Positions 27,967 through 37,829 of a DNA stretch of 64,000 nt are shown here, piece by piece; position 1 is the first letter of the stretch, and each line of letters starts with the position of its first letter. Below the pieces are notes generated by a model that had not been told where the DNA came from, did no database searches, and saw only the letters and a list, made by a program, of their open reading frames with translations. The position numbers and the translations under genes were made by a program. Source of the DNA: Saprospiraceae bacterium (lineage in GTDB: Bacteria > Bacteroidota > Bacteroidia > Chitinophagales > Saprospiraceae); assembly GCA_020629715.1 (NCBI GenBank), contig JAHDCU010000003.1:184879-248878 (forward strand), given 5' to 3'.

Positions 27967-29523
27967 TTACCGCACCACCACTTTTTGACTATACAACTTA
28001 CCATCAGCCGATATTAAACTAAGAATGTACGTCTGCGATGCTATATTCTGTATATCAATCCTATAATCATATATTGACTTAAGTGATGCATTACGTATCA
28101 GCTGTCCTCTTATATCTCTTAACTCTAATTGTCCTGTAAGAGGCTTTTTACTACTGATATGAATATAGTCATTACCTGGATTTGGCGATATAGTCAATAC
28201 TTCTGGCAAGTTTACATCCTCAGTGGTACTTGGTATAAATCCTAGATCTTCTAAGTCAATTTTCACCATTCTTAAGTCACCAGCTAAATAGCCACTACCC
28301 TGCTCATTAAGTAGTACTTCAAGGTAGGTTATAACCAGTTGAGTCCCATTTTCTACTCTGATATCATGTGGTAGAATCGTATTATTAGTATGTTTTATCG
28401 GTAATAAACTAATCCAATTTCCATGATAGTCATCTATATATATTTGTGTCTCCCATATACTATCTTCTTCAGCGTAGTGTGGAGTAATATATAAATTACG
28501 ATTATCATCAATGCTACATATTTGATAATTATCGAGGTGCATACTACCAAAATCTACGGTTTTTAGCCATGATCCATCATGATCAAAATAGACAACTGCC
28601 CTACGTGGATCTACACCATTAATACCGATGGAATCTTCACATATGACTGCAATATTATCACCTACAATCCTCATGGTATTTGACCAATAGTATGGAAGAT
28701 AATCACTTACATTTACGGAACTTACAGTAGTAAAATCTAAATCAAAAAAATCTAAAGTGGCATCGTAGAGACTAAGTAAGCTATCTATTAAAGGGGGTTG
28801 AGCTGTTTGACCACTAGAAAATCTAAAATTCACGTAACCGTCTTCGAATCGAGTTGGCTGATCAAACCCAGCACTATTATAGACTCGCTCAAGCATCATC
28901 GAATCTATACCTAGACATTCAAGGTCTTGGTTGTATCTGGCAATATCGTAGAGGTAATCACCAAAAAATCCATTAACAAAAAGGAAATTGAAACCATCAC
29001 TGCCAGCATAGATATTACTTACACTATATAGAGCAGATAAAGTATCGCAGGCATTTGAGTCAAATGCATCAATCAATTGCCCATCAGATAAATTAAAATA
29101 TCTGACAACCGGAATCGACTTACGATTGTAGGTAGTAGCATTACTTATACCTAAATCTTTAAAGGAAGTAATGACAAGCTCATTATTAGCATCAATATAC
29201 ATTTGGCTTGGGGTTTCTTTAATACCTTCTGAAGCTAAACCATAATATTGCTCCCAAATGAGGCTTCCATTGTCTAAGTTTCTGGAAGAAACGTAATATC
29301 CATCTCGGGCTTCTGTATCATCTCCTAAGAGATGAATAATCTGGTCATCCTTAGCTAATGAAGTATAATAAAAAAAACGTAAATCTTCTCTATCAAAAGA
29401 GTCAAGTAACACATGATCCCATAAGGGTATAACCCCATGAAAGGGAATCTCTTCAGATTGTGATAATATTTTTTGATTAATTACCAAAAATAAAACCAAC
29501 AAGTAATAGTAAGTGCCTTTCAT
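27967..29523 (-). CDS. Secreted protein with a T9SS type-A C-terminal sorting domain
   Basis: 518 aa. N-terminal signal peptide. The C-terminal ~80 aa match Por_Secre_tail ('...QTYILSLISADGKLYSQKVVVR'). Confidence 0.65.
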   Translation of the reverse strand: MKGTYYYLLVLFLVINQKILSQSEEIPFHGVIPLWDHVLLDSFDREDLRFFYYTSLAKDDQIIHLLGDDTEARDGYYVSSRNLDNGSLIWEQYYGLASEGIKETPSQMYIDANNELVITSFKDLGISNATTYNRKSIPVVRYFNLSDGQLIDAFDSNACDTLSALYSVSNIYAGSDGFNFLFVNGFFGDYLYDIARYNQDLECLGIDSMMLERVYNSAGFDQPTRFEDGYVNFRFSSGQTAQPPLIDSLLSLYDATLDFFDLDFTTVSSVNVSDYLPYYWSNTMRIVGDNIAVICEDSIGINGVDPRRAVVYFDHDGSWLKTVDFGSMHLDNYQICSIDDNRNLYITPHYAEEDSIWETQIYIDDYHGNWISLLPIKHTNNTILPHDIRVENGTQLVITYLEVLLNEQGSGYLAGDLRMVKIDLEDLGFIPSTTEDVNLPEVLTISPNPGNDYIHISSKKPLTGQLELRDIRGQLIRNASLKSIYDYRIDIQNIASQTYILSLISADGKLYSQKVVVR

Positions 29524-29555
29524 GAGGTTATAGTTTTTACTTTAAGAATAAAATA

Positions 29556-30347
29556 TTAATTACATGAAGTATTACATCCATCACCAATAAGTACATATCC
29601 CCCAGGTCCTGGAGGAGTTGGTTCACTTATTGGACATTCACCTATTTGTTCAGAACCAAAATCCTGTTCGATTATTGCGATCAGTTCCTTTTCCAATCCT
29701 ACCACTATCGACTCAAAACAATAGGCTCTTCTACTCTTACAACAAACCGTTCCACAAGATGTAGTTTGGTAGTCTATAATACCAAATGGAGACCCCTTAT
29801 CAGAAATTGTTCTTTTCCAAAAACTTTCACAAGTAGACAAATAAAATTCCGTGAAAATTAAGTTCCCTGTTTCAGCACCACAGTTGAAAAAGAATTCAAG
29901 GCCATTTGCACTAAAAATTTCCTCTACTCTTCTCTTTTCAAGTGCCAAAGCTGCATCCACTTCAAACTGATTCATAGCATCAATTAAATCTTGTCCCTCT
30001 AAATTTGCCCATTCATCCATTACTTCTGTACATGCACTTAGATCAAAATCAATCTCAAATTCTGAGAATGTAAGATTGTCTTGAATATCTGTCGCCGTGA
30101 AAATACCATCACAGTAAAATTCTGTTCAGCTTACGGCAACTGTACAGCCCGGATATACTTCTAAAGGAATAGAATTAAACGATTCTTCATCACAATTATC
30201 CATGAAATCGATTTCATCGAGATTAAAACAACCGTTTAATAGTTTATCACCACTCCTTAACTTCAATGAAAGTCCTTCCATATTAGTCTGATCTTTCTCA
30301 ATATCTTTGACACAACTATAAAGCATTGACAAACAGAGCATTAACAC
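29556..30347 (-). pseudogene. Cys-rich lipoprotein-like gene interrupted by a single in-frame TGA (30126-30128). It is either a nonsense pseudogene or a recoding candidate.
   Basis: ORFs 30126..30347 and 29556..30020 share one frame (both ends are ≡2 mod 3). Translating through the TGA gives continuous '...GCTVAVS*TEFYCDGIFTATDIQDNLTFSEFEIDFDLSACTEVMDEWANLEG...'. The 34 codons between the TGA and the annotated ATG contain no stop. Confidence 0.45.
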
Positions 30348-30683
30348 CCCCCTAAAAAATAAATTCTAAAATTTCTCATAACAAATATTATTTGATTGGT
30401 TAATAAATTACTAATCAGTACAAGGTGTTTTATATGAGAAAAAGAACAAGCAACCATCATAACTAACTGTCCTTCATTCTGATTTAAATTTAAATTTAAT
30501 ATATGATAAAATCAAGTATGTGATATTACGTCTATGTTAAGCGATAAGCGAACACTATACAAAATACGCCACTTTTATCAATGCTATACGTGCATTGGAC
30601 AGTATATAATTGTGATTTGTCGATATATACAGTATTTTAGAACTGTTAAGATAGTCTTAAGGGTTAATGTATAAAATCAAATT

Positions 30684-31253
30684 ATGATCGTACTCAGCTT
30701 TGCAGAATGGTATCAAGGGATGGTCGGATATGAAAAGATGTTTTGGCTCATTGCCATGATCTCTTCTGCCATATTCGTAGTGCAGGTCGTGATGGCTTTG
30801 ATAGGCTTCGATGCCGAGGCTGAAGGAAGCTTTGATATGGATGGTATTGACGGAGGTTTTACATTAATCTCTATACGTACCATCTTAGCCTTTATGGTTT
30901 GCTTTGGTTGGATAGGTTTTATGACCTTCCAGAGTGGTGCCGGCCTAGCCATGTCTTTGATATGGGGAGCACTAGCCGGTCTAGGAGCCATGATCATCGT
31001 AGCTTACCTTTTGTATCAACTCATCAAAATGAATGAATCTGGGACGATACAAATCGAAAAAATGATCAATCGGTCTGGAGAAGTATATATCACCATTCCC
31101 GCTGGACGAGAAGGCAGAGTATCTATAGAGGTGGAAGGTAAACTCATGGAATTTTCTGCAACATCTGATGAAAATCTTGCAACCGGAAGTCCAATAAAAG
31201 TAACTGCGATATTGGAAGACAATCTTCTATTCGTTCAAAGTCAAAATCTATAA
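30684..31253 (+). CDS. NfeD-family membrane protein (short form)
   Basis: 189 aa. TM helices precede a C-terminal OB-fold-like segment. It is paired with the flotillin gene downstream. Confidence 0.6.
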   Translation: MIVLSFAEWYQGMVGYEKMFWLIAMISSAIFVVQVVMALIGFDAEAEGSFDMDGIDGGFTLISIRTILAFMVCFGWIGFMTFQSGAGLAMSLIWGALAGLGAMIIVAYLLYQLIKMNESGTIQIEKMINRSGEVYITIPAGREGRVSIEVEGKLMEFSATSDENLATGSPIKVTAILEDNLLFVQSQNL

Positions 31254-31300
31254 ATCAAAAAATACTAACTAATAATTTTATCATCAACTAAAAACAAACT

Positions 31301-32701
31301 ATGCTAGCCTACATCGGAATCATTGGATTTATTCTACTCGCATCACTTATAATATTCTTAGCAAGATATAAGCGCTGTCCTTCCGACAAGATTTTAGTTA
31401 TCTATGGAAAAACAGGTCAAGGATCTGCCAAGTGTATCGCCGGTGGTGCTGCATTTGTGGTACCCGTCATACAGGCGTATGAATACTTAGATCTGTCACC
31501 AATATCGATAGATGTAGACCTCAAAGGAGCTTTGAGTAAGCAAAACATCAGAGTCAATGTACCTTCAAGATTTACAGTAGCCATCTCTAACGAACCCGGT
31601 AATATGATCAATGCGGCGGAGAGACTGCTCGGTAAATCAACTGATGAAGTCAGAGATATCGCAAAAGATATCATCTTCGGTCAGCTCCGACTAGTTGTTG
31701 CCACAATGGATATCGAGGAGATCAACTCTGATAGAGATAAGTTCCTATCTAATGTTTCAGGCAATGTAGGATCTGAACTTAGAAAAATTGGTTTGATACT
31801 CATCAACGTAAATGTCACAGATATCCAAGATGAATCAGGCTATATCGAAGCACTAGGTAAGGAAGCTGCAGCAAAAGCCATCAATGATGCGAAAAAATCA
31901 GTAGCCGAGAAAAATAGAGATGGTAGTATTGGTCAGGCTATTGCTCAAAAAGATCAACGTATACAAGTATCTGATGCAGATGCCATAGCCAAAATAGGTG
32001 AAGCTGATGCGGAAGCAAAATCTATAGACGGTGAAAATGAAGCCGCTATCAAAATCGCTCAATCCAATGCCGAACGTAGACAACGAGAAGCCGAAGCACT
32101 TAAACTAGCAACAGCATCAGAAAAAATACAATCTGCAAAAGCACTGGAAGAAGCATATGCTGCAGAGCAAAAAGCCGAAGCCGCAAGAGCAGCAAGAGAA
32201 CTAGCCACAAGACAAGCAGATATCATTGTAAAAGCACAAATCGAAAAAGAAAAGCTCGAAATCGAGGCCGAAGCAGAGGCTGAGCAAACCAGACGATTGG
32301 CTAAAGGTGAAGCAGATGCGATCTACATGAAGAAAGAGGCCGAGGCAAAAGGTCTATTTGAAATTTTACAAAAACAAGCAGAAGGTTTTGATCAAATCGT
32401 AAAAGCTACGAATGGCAACCCACGAGAAGCCGTACTCATGCTTATCGCTGATAAATTACCAGAACTTGTCGAGACACAAGTTGAAGCGATCAAAAATATC
32501 AAGATCGATAAAGTGACTGTCTGGGAAGGTGGAAATCATGATGCTGAAGGTGGAAATAGCACTTCTAAATTTATATCAGGACTTTACAAGTCTGTGCCAC
32601 CCATGAGCGACTTATTCAACATGGCAGGTATGGATCTACCTGGGTATCTGGGTAATAAAAAAGCGGATGATGCCGAAGAAGTTGAGGTATCTGAGGAATA
32701 A
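31301..32701 (+). CDS. Flotillin / SPFH (band-7) family protein (YqiK-like)
   Basis: 466 aa. An N-terminal TM is followed by an SPFH domain and a long Ala/Glu-rich 'EAEAKA' coiled coil. Confidence 0.8.
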   Translation: MLAYIGIIGFILLASLIIFLARYKRCPSDKILVIYGKTGQGSAKCIAGGAAFVVPVIQAYEYLDLSPISIDVDLKGALSKQNIRVNVPSRFTVAISNEPGNMINAAERLLGKSTDEVRDIAKDIIFGQLRLVVATMDIEEINSDRDKFLSNVSGNVGSELRKIGLILINVNVTDIQDESGYIEALGKEAAAKAINDAKKSVAEKNRDGSIGQAIAQKDQRIQVSDADAIAKIGEADAEAKSIDGENEAAIKIAQSNAERRQREAEALKLATASEKIQSAKALEEAYAAEQKAEAARAARELATRQADIIVKAQIEKEKLEIEAEAEAEQTRRLAKGEADAIYMKKEAEAKGLFEILQKQAEGFDQIVKATNGNPREAVLMLIADKLPELVETQVEAIKNIKIDKVTVWEGGNHDAEGGNSTSKFISGLYKSVPPMSDLFNMAGMDLPGYLGNKKADDAEEVEVSEE

Positions 32702-32878
32702 TCTCTTGAGATAAGAAGTATACTGTTATTTTGAACCACAGAGAGCACTAAGGGCATAGAGATAGTGCTTTTATAAAATAAAGCTATGACAACGATCTTG
32801 GAAGAACAAAGAGTATTCGGCTTCTCTATAGTTAAAAGCAGAATAGCAAAGACACCTATTTAACCTTTTGACTTGACA

Positions 32879-32918
32879 CCTTGTAACCTTGTAATCTTGT
32901 AACCTTGTAATCTTGTAA
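32879..32918. repeat. Tandem 8-bp repeat (C/T)CTTGTAA x5 ending 12 nt before a start codon
   Basis: The sequence is 'ccttgtaa ccttgtaa tcttgtaa ccttgtaa tcttgtaa', preceded by the degenerate 'acttgacacc'. Confidence 0.9.
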
Positions 32919-32929
32919 CCTAAAATACT

Positions 32930-33187
32930 ATGGGAGGATTTGGATTTGCCATGGATGCGATCAATAAGATCAAAAGTAATCGAGCTCTTGCCCGAATGGG
33001 TAAGGATAAAATCAATGCCCCGGATATCGATGGGAATAGATTGAATAAAGAAAAATTTGGAGATACCAAGGCTGAGAAAAGACGGCCTTGGTCGACCCGC
33101 AGATCTAGAAGTCAGAGGACTACGGCTTTGTTATATATATTATTTTTTGTGATGGCCATGATTATCGGAATGATCGTCTTGATGTAG
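32930..33187 (+). CDS. Small basic protein with a C-terminal TM helix (hypothetical)
   Basis: 85 aa. An Arg/Lys-rich middle is followed by a C-terminal hydrophobic tail, 'LLYILFFVMAMIIGMIVLM'. Confidence 0.4.
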   Translation: MGGFGFAMDAINKIKSNRALARMGKDKINAPDIDGNRLNKEKFGDTKAEKRRPWSTRRSRSQRTTALLYILFFVMAMIIGMIVLM

Positions 33188-33197
33188 ATAAACCTGG

Positions 33198-33225
33198 ATT
33201 AATCATTTGAATATTCAAATGATTA
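33198..33225. promoter_or_regulatory. Perfect 28-bp palindrome (14-bp arms)
   Basis: 'ttaatcatttgaat|attcaaatgattaa' lies 11 nt after the stop of the 85-aa ORF. No T-tract follows it. Confidence 0.5.
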
Positions 33226-33372
33226 ACAGACGATTGATTTTCAACATATTCTGACCAACAAATTAAAACTAATTTGTGAAATTCAATGATTTCGTCTACC
33301 AGAAGGGCGATCTTTCCAATTCTATTGCATAGATCGGGATAAACAATTACAAGATATCGTTGTCCTTATGCT

Positions 33373-34263
33373 ATGAACGAGCCAACATCCAAGCAAATAA
33401 GAGTACAATCTTGGTTAAGTCTTATTTTATTAAGTATCGTATGGGGTAGTTCATTTATTCTGATCAAAATAGGTCTCCAAGTCTACGATCCATTTGAAGT
33501 CGCCACCATAAGGATTCTATGCAGTTCATTGGCATTTTTACCCATCATCATATGGCTCAGAAAAGAGATCAATTGGTCCAACTGGAAAAAATTCTTAGCC
33601 ATAGGCTTAATGGGATCAGGTATTCCCGCATTTTTATATCCTCTGGCGCAGCAGCAGATCAGTAGCGCTATCGCAGGCGTTTTAAATAGCCTTACCCCAG
33701 CGTTTGCATTTTTAGTAGGTATAATACTTTTCAAACAGAAGTTCAACAACTGGCAGTTCATAGGTTTATCTATCGGTCTTATAGGGGCTATTGCATTAGC
33801 CGCATATGGAGAAGGTAGCTTTGAGGTGCAAAATGTATTATATGCAGGGTTTGCCATATTAGCATGCCTTTGCTATTCGCTCAATGTCAATATGATCAAA
33901 GCTTTTTTTGAAGATACCCGATCGATCATCATCAGTGCTATGTCGTTTGGCATGATCGGTCCTCCGGCACTTATCTATCTTATGTGTTCTGATGTGGGCG
34001 TTAAATTTTCGACACATATCGATGGGTATACTTCATTACTTGCTATTATCGTATTATCACTTTTTGGCACCGTAGCAGCAACTATTCTGTTTTTTAGATT
34101 AGTGAAGATGACGAGTCCTGTATTTGCGGCATCAGTTTGCTATCTAATGCCAATTGTTTCGATAGCATGGGGCTATTGGGATGGTGAATTTGTAGGCATT
34201 TTTCATATTCTTGTTTCTGCTTTTATCCTAGGTGGAGTTTACTTGATCGAGCGAGGCAAGTAG
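33373..34263 (+). CDS. EamA/DMT-family transporter
   Basis: 296 aa with about 10 TM helices in two EamA-like halves. Confidence 0.65.
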   Translation: MNEPTSKQIRVQSWLSLILLSIVWGSSFILIKIGLQVYDPFEVATIRILCSSLAFLPIIIWLRKEINWSNWKKFLAIGLMGSGIPAFLYPLAQQQISSAIAGVLNSLTPAFAFLVGIILFKQKFNNWQFIGLSIGLIGAIALAAYGEGSFEVQNVLYAGFAILACLCYSLNVNMIKAFFEDTRSIIISAMSFGMIGPPALIYLMCSDVGVKFSTHIDGYTSLLAIIVLSLFGTVAATILFFRLVKMTSPVFAASVCYLMPIVSIAWGYWDGEFVGIFHILVSAFILGGVYLIERGK

Positions 34264-34347
34264 ATTTTGCTTATCGCTAAAACGACTTGATGGAGCTTTG
34301 AAGATTGCTTATTCTTCCTTAAGCATTACTTGAGGTATTTTTATTTT

Positions 34348-35430
34348 ATGAAAAAGATATTGTGTTATGTAGCTCTGGTTGTAGTCTTAGTCACGATAAA
34401 TTGTACTAAAGAAGATCAGCTCCTCATCCCTACTCGTCAGGATAATCAAATAGATCAACGGTCAGTACATTTTACCCTAACTCACTGTCCCGAATCTGAT
34501 TGCAGAAGAGTAATACCACTGGAAAATAAACAAATCGATCTATATCTATCAAAACAGGATTTTATACATCAGAAAACACCAGTTCATACGATCCAAACAA
34601 ATGAGGATGGAGTAGCAAACTGGAGTTTCTTGGAGTTTGACTCCCTATACTTTGCTATACATGCTGATCTTAATAGACCAGAAAATATACCAAATGATAT
34701 CGTATATACCCAAGATGGAACAATCAGCTACATAGACCTTAGCTATAATCCCAGTTGTATTTATGATTTCTATGGTAAAAAAGTATGCGACTACAATATT
34801 GATTTTCAAAATCCTATTGTGGGCCAGATCAGTCGATATGCATTCTGGACTGCCAATGGATATGGGACTGATAATCCAACTGAGTTGGAATACACAGGCG
34901 ATATTTTACAAGTAGAATTGGTGGAAATTGATGAGTATGAATATATAATTCTAGAAGAAAAACTGATACGAAGTGAGAATTTTGATAGCTCAAAATTCAT
35001 TGGGTTGATACTTATTGATTTAGATAGCACGTATACGCAAACAGTCTTCGCTGATGAAAATAGATGCCATTCAATAGAATATCATCCAGATAAAAATGAG
35101 TTTCTTAATGTTATAAGCATGTTACATTTTACTTCTATACCCTCGATTTGGTCATTTGTATATGGTGGATCAAACTTTGTAGAGTCTTTAGAAACTATGG
35201 AATTCAATGATTACATTCCATCAGAATTGATTACTAATTGGGAATTTTTCAAGCTTGAAAATCAAACTATACTGGGTAAAGAATATTCAAATATATACGC
35301 CTATATCCAAAATAAATTAACTAATGAGATCTATGGAAAGACTAAAATATATGATCAAAACAAACTGATTAGATCGTATAATTATGCTGGACAAGGAATC
35401 ATCAATGGATACGACCTTATCCCGAGTTAG
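34348..35430 (+). CDS. Hypothetical lipoprotein
   Basis: The likely start is 'MKKILCYVALVVVLVTINCTKEDQ' (lipobox ..INC). No recognisable domain. Confidence 0.45.
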   Translation: MKKILCYVALVVVLVTINCTKEDQLLIPTRQDNQIDQRSVHFTLTHCPESDCRRVIPLENKQIDLYLSKQDFIHQKTPVHTIQTNEDGVANWSFLEFDSLYFAIHADLNRPENIPNDIVYTQDGTISYIDLSYNPSCIYDFYGKKVCDYNIDFQNPIVGQISRYAFWTANGYGTDNPTELEYTGDILQVELVEIDEYEYIILEEKLIRSENFDSSKFIGLILIDLDSTYTQTVFADENRCHSIEYHPDKNEFLNVISMLHFTSIPSIWSFVYGGSNFVESLETMEFNDYIPSELITNWEFFKLENQTILGKEYSNIYAYIQNKLTNEIYGKTKIYDQNKLIRSYNYAGQGIINGYDLIPS

Positions 35431-35545
35431 AATTCTTTACCTTTTTAGAGAGATATAGTAGAAATTACTTCCTTGATGATCATTGGCGCATCCTACGATA
35501 ATAACTTAGGAAAAGCGTACCTTACGACTCCATTAGCCAAGTATA

Positions 35546-36550
35546 GTGGCTTTTGTACAATCGTCAACTATGAAATTGAAAAACATTCGACTAGAGGTCA
35601 TGCAAACCATTGAAAAATCAATGGATGATCTCATGAAAAGATTCCTCAAACCTATAGAGGAAAACTGGCAACCTTCCGATTTTTTACCAGAGTCTAACAG
35701 TCCAGATTTTTTTGAAGAAATCAGAGAACTCCAAGGTCAAGCTAATGAAATGAGTTATGACTTATTTGCCGTACTTATCGGTGATACCATCACAGAAGAG
35801 GCGCTACCTACATACGAGTCTTGGCTCATCCAAATTGAAGGTGTGGATGAAGAAGGTAAAAATGGATGGTCGCAATGGGTAAGATCATGGACGGCCGAAG
35901 AAAATAGGCATGGAGACTTACTCAATAAGTACCTCTACCTTTCAGGACGAGTCAATATGCGAGAGATGGAAATCACGACTCAATACCTGATTAGTGATGG
36001 TTTTGATATAGGTACTAGTCACGATCCATATCGTAATTTTATATACACAAGCTTTCAAGAGCTAGCGACTAATATTTCACATAGACGAGTGGCCAGCCAA
36101 GTTAAAAAAGCAGGTAATGCTTTACTAGCCAAAATGTGTGGAGTGATTGCACGTGATGAAGCACGTCATGCGGGTGCTTATATGGAGTTTGTCAAAAGAA
36201 TACTGGCCATCGATCCAAGTCAGATGATGCTTGCGTTTGAAGATATGATGCGTAAAAAAATCGTAATGCCTGCTCACTTTATGAGACAGAGTGGACAATC
36301 CATGGGAGAATTATGGGATCACTTCTCTGATGCAGCACAACGAGTAAAAGTGTATACCACCGAAGACTATATCGATATCTTAAAGCAGTTATTGAAGACT
36401 TGGGATATCGGAAATGTACAAGGACTCAACGAACAGGCCGAAAAAGCTCGAGATTACCTCATGAAGCTACCCGATAGACTTACTCGTATTGCGGAGCGTA
36501 TCAAAATACCGAATAAGGAATACGAGTTTAAGTGGATAGCTGCTACATAG
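35546..36550 (+). CDS. Soluble acyl-ACP desaturase (plant-type di-iron delta-9 stearoyl-ACP desaturase family)
   Basis: 'WTAEENRHGDLLNKYLYLSGRV' and 'ARDEARHAGAY' are the two EExxH di-iron motifs. A long stretch aligns with plant stearoyl-ACP desaturase ('MMRKKIVMPAHFM'). Confidence 0.8.
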   Translation: MAFVQSSTMKLKNIRLEVMQTIEKSMDDLMKRFLKPIEENWQPSDFLPESNSPDFFEEIRELQGQANEMSYDLFAVLIGDTITEEALPTYESWLIQIEGVDEEGKNGWSQWVRSWTAEENRHGDLLNKYLYLSGRVNMREMEITTQYLISDGFDIGTSHDPYRNFIYTSFQELATNISHRRVASQVKKAGNALLAKMCGVIARDEARHAGAYMEFVKRILAIDPSQMMLAFEDMMRKKIVMPAHFMRQSGQSMGELWDHFSDAAQRVKVYTTEDYIDILKQLLKTWDIGNVQGLNEQAEKARDYLMKLPDRLTRIAERIKIPNKEYEFKWIAAT

Positions 36551-36551
36551 A

Positions 36552-37055
36552 CTAGCGCATCAACTGCTTCCATCCAAAGCGAATAGCTACTAATAAAATC
36601 AGGAATAAGATCAATACCCATTGAAACGGTAGTATTGCTATTGCTATGATATGTGTACGATCTAATATCCACATAAAGGATATAATCGCTGTAAGTAGTA
36701 ATACTAAGCCAGATAATCGGTCGAAGCCAGGTATTTCTATGAGATCAACATTACGACGAATAATCAGAATCGTCACGATCATCGATATAAGCGGTAATAT
36801 CTGAGTATATAGATTAGTATTATAAATACTTTGCCGCTCAAATAGAAAGGTATATACATTAAGGGTAATCGCGAATATCCCAGGTATCATCGTGAGATAG
36901 ATCAATATACAGTATAGGTATTTCCAAGGATTCAGATGCCCCTCTCCCCTACCAAAAATCCCTGCAAGTATTGCCGTAAGTGGTACGGCTATGAAAAAGA
37001 AAAGAATAATTGCTGGGTTTTGTGAAAGTAGATTGAAAAGGTCTCCTAGGGTCAT
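36552..37055 (-). CDS. Hypothetical membrane protein (5 TM)
   Basis: 167 aa and highly hydrophobic. Confidence 0.45.
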   Translation of the reverse strand: MTLGDLFNLLSQNPAIILFFFIAVPLTAILAGIFGRGEGHLNPWKYLYCILIYLTMIPGIFAITLNVYTFLFERQSIYNTNLYTQILPLISMIVTILIIRRNVDLIEIPGFDRLSGLVLLLTAIISFMWILDRTHIIAIAILPFQWVLILFLILLVAIRFGWKQLMR

Positions 37056-37127
37056 GGCAAGTATTTTTATGAATCAAAACTAGGTAATAGCTTTTACATG
37101 AACAACCTCGAAAAAAGATAGTGCTGA

Positions 37128-37820
37128 TCAAAAGATCACTCCCACTTTCAATCCAATATCACGTCTGGACGATTCTGTAAGGAGAAATCCTGGAAGATTT
37201 TCTCGATAGGCTTTTGGCATATACTCCACATATCCTTCAATAAAGTAACTGGCACCATTAACAGATTTGACACTACATCCAATTGCTGATCCAATTCTTG
37301 CACCAAATACCTGTGTAATGGATTGAGGGAATACGGTCAAACGTGCAGGCATACCGCTTTCTCGGATACGTACCTCCATATTATCATTAAAGGTAAACAT
37401 TGCTTTAACACTCATCTTCAAATAAGGCACTAGACTTCCACTTCCCAAATCATAACTTATCTCCGCTGGTACAGAAAGGCTTTGGCTTGTTCCCTCGTAT
37501 GTCATATATGATCGTGCTAGATCGAATCCATTTGATGTGAGATCTGTACCAAAGGTCACAGAGTAATCCTGAATATCAATCTGACTAGACGTAAAGGCTA
37601 GTCCAGTCCACAGGGACCAACTTTTACCAAGATCATAGTGTAAAATACCCTCTAAAGAATATCCCCTACTCGCAAATGATATAAAGAATACTTCTTCCTC
37701 TGCTGACAGGTCATAATTATGTAACCCTAAAGATAGCCCGATACTTTTATTAGACTGTGCCCACCCAACTTGTAGGATGGTACTTAACAATAGACAAACA
37801 ACAATCTTTTTTAATTCCAT
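37128..37820 (-). CDS. Outer-membrane beta-barrel protein (porin-family fold)
   Basis: 230 aa. Signal peptide '...VGWAQ'. Alternating amphipathic beta-strands. It ends with an aromatic terminal residue, '...GLKVGVIF'. Confidence 0.55.
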   Translation of the reverse strand: MELKKIVVCLLLSTILQVGWAQSNKSIGLSLGLHNYDLSAEEEVFFISFASRGYSLEGILHYDLGKSWSLWTGLAFTSSQIDIQDYSVTFGTDLTSNGFDLARSYMTYEGTSQSLSVPAEISYDLGSGSLVPYLKMSVKAMFTFNDNMEVRIRESGMPARLTVFPQSITQVFGARIGSAIGCSVKSVNGASYFIEGYVEYMPKAYRENLPGFLLTESSRRDIGLKVGVIF

Positions 37821-37829
37821 AGTATTTAC

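Noticed and set aside
30085-30128. Selenocysteine recoding at the in-frame TGA
   Set aside because: This is not asserted. No obvious bSECIS-like stem-loop with a GGU-containing apical loop was recognised by eye downstream of the UGA, and no Sec machinery is visible in the window. It is kept only as a hypothesis to exclude.
33198-33225. Calling the 28-bp palindrome a rho-independent terminator
   Set aside because: There is no U-rich tract after the hairpin. It is kept as an operator/structure candidate instead.
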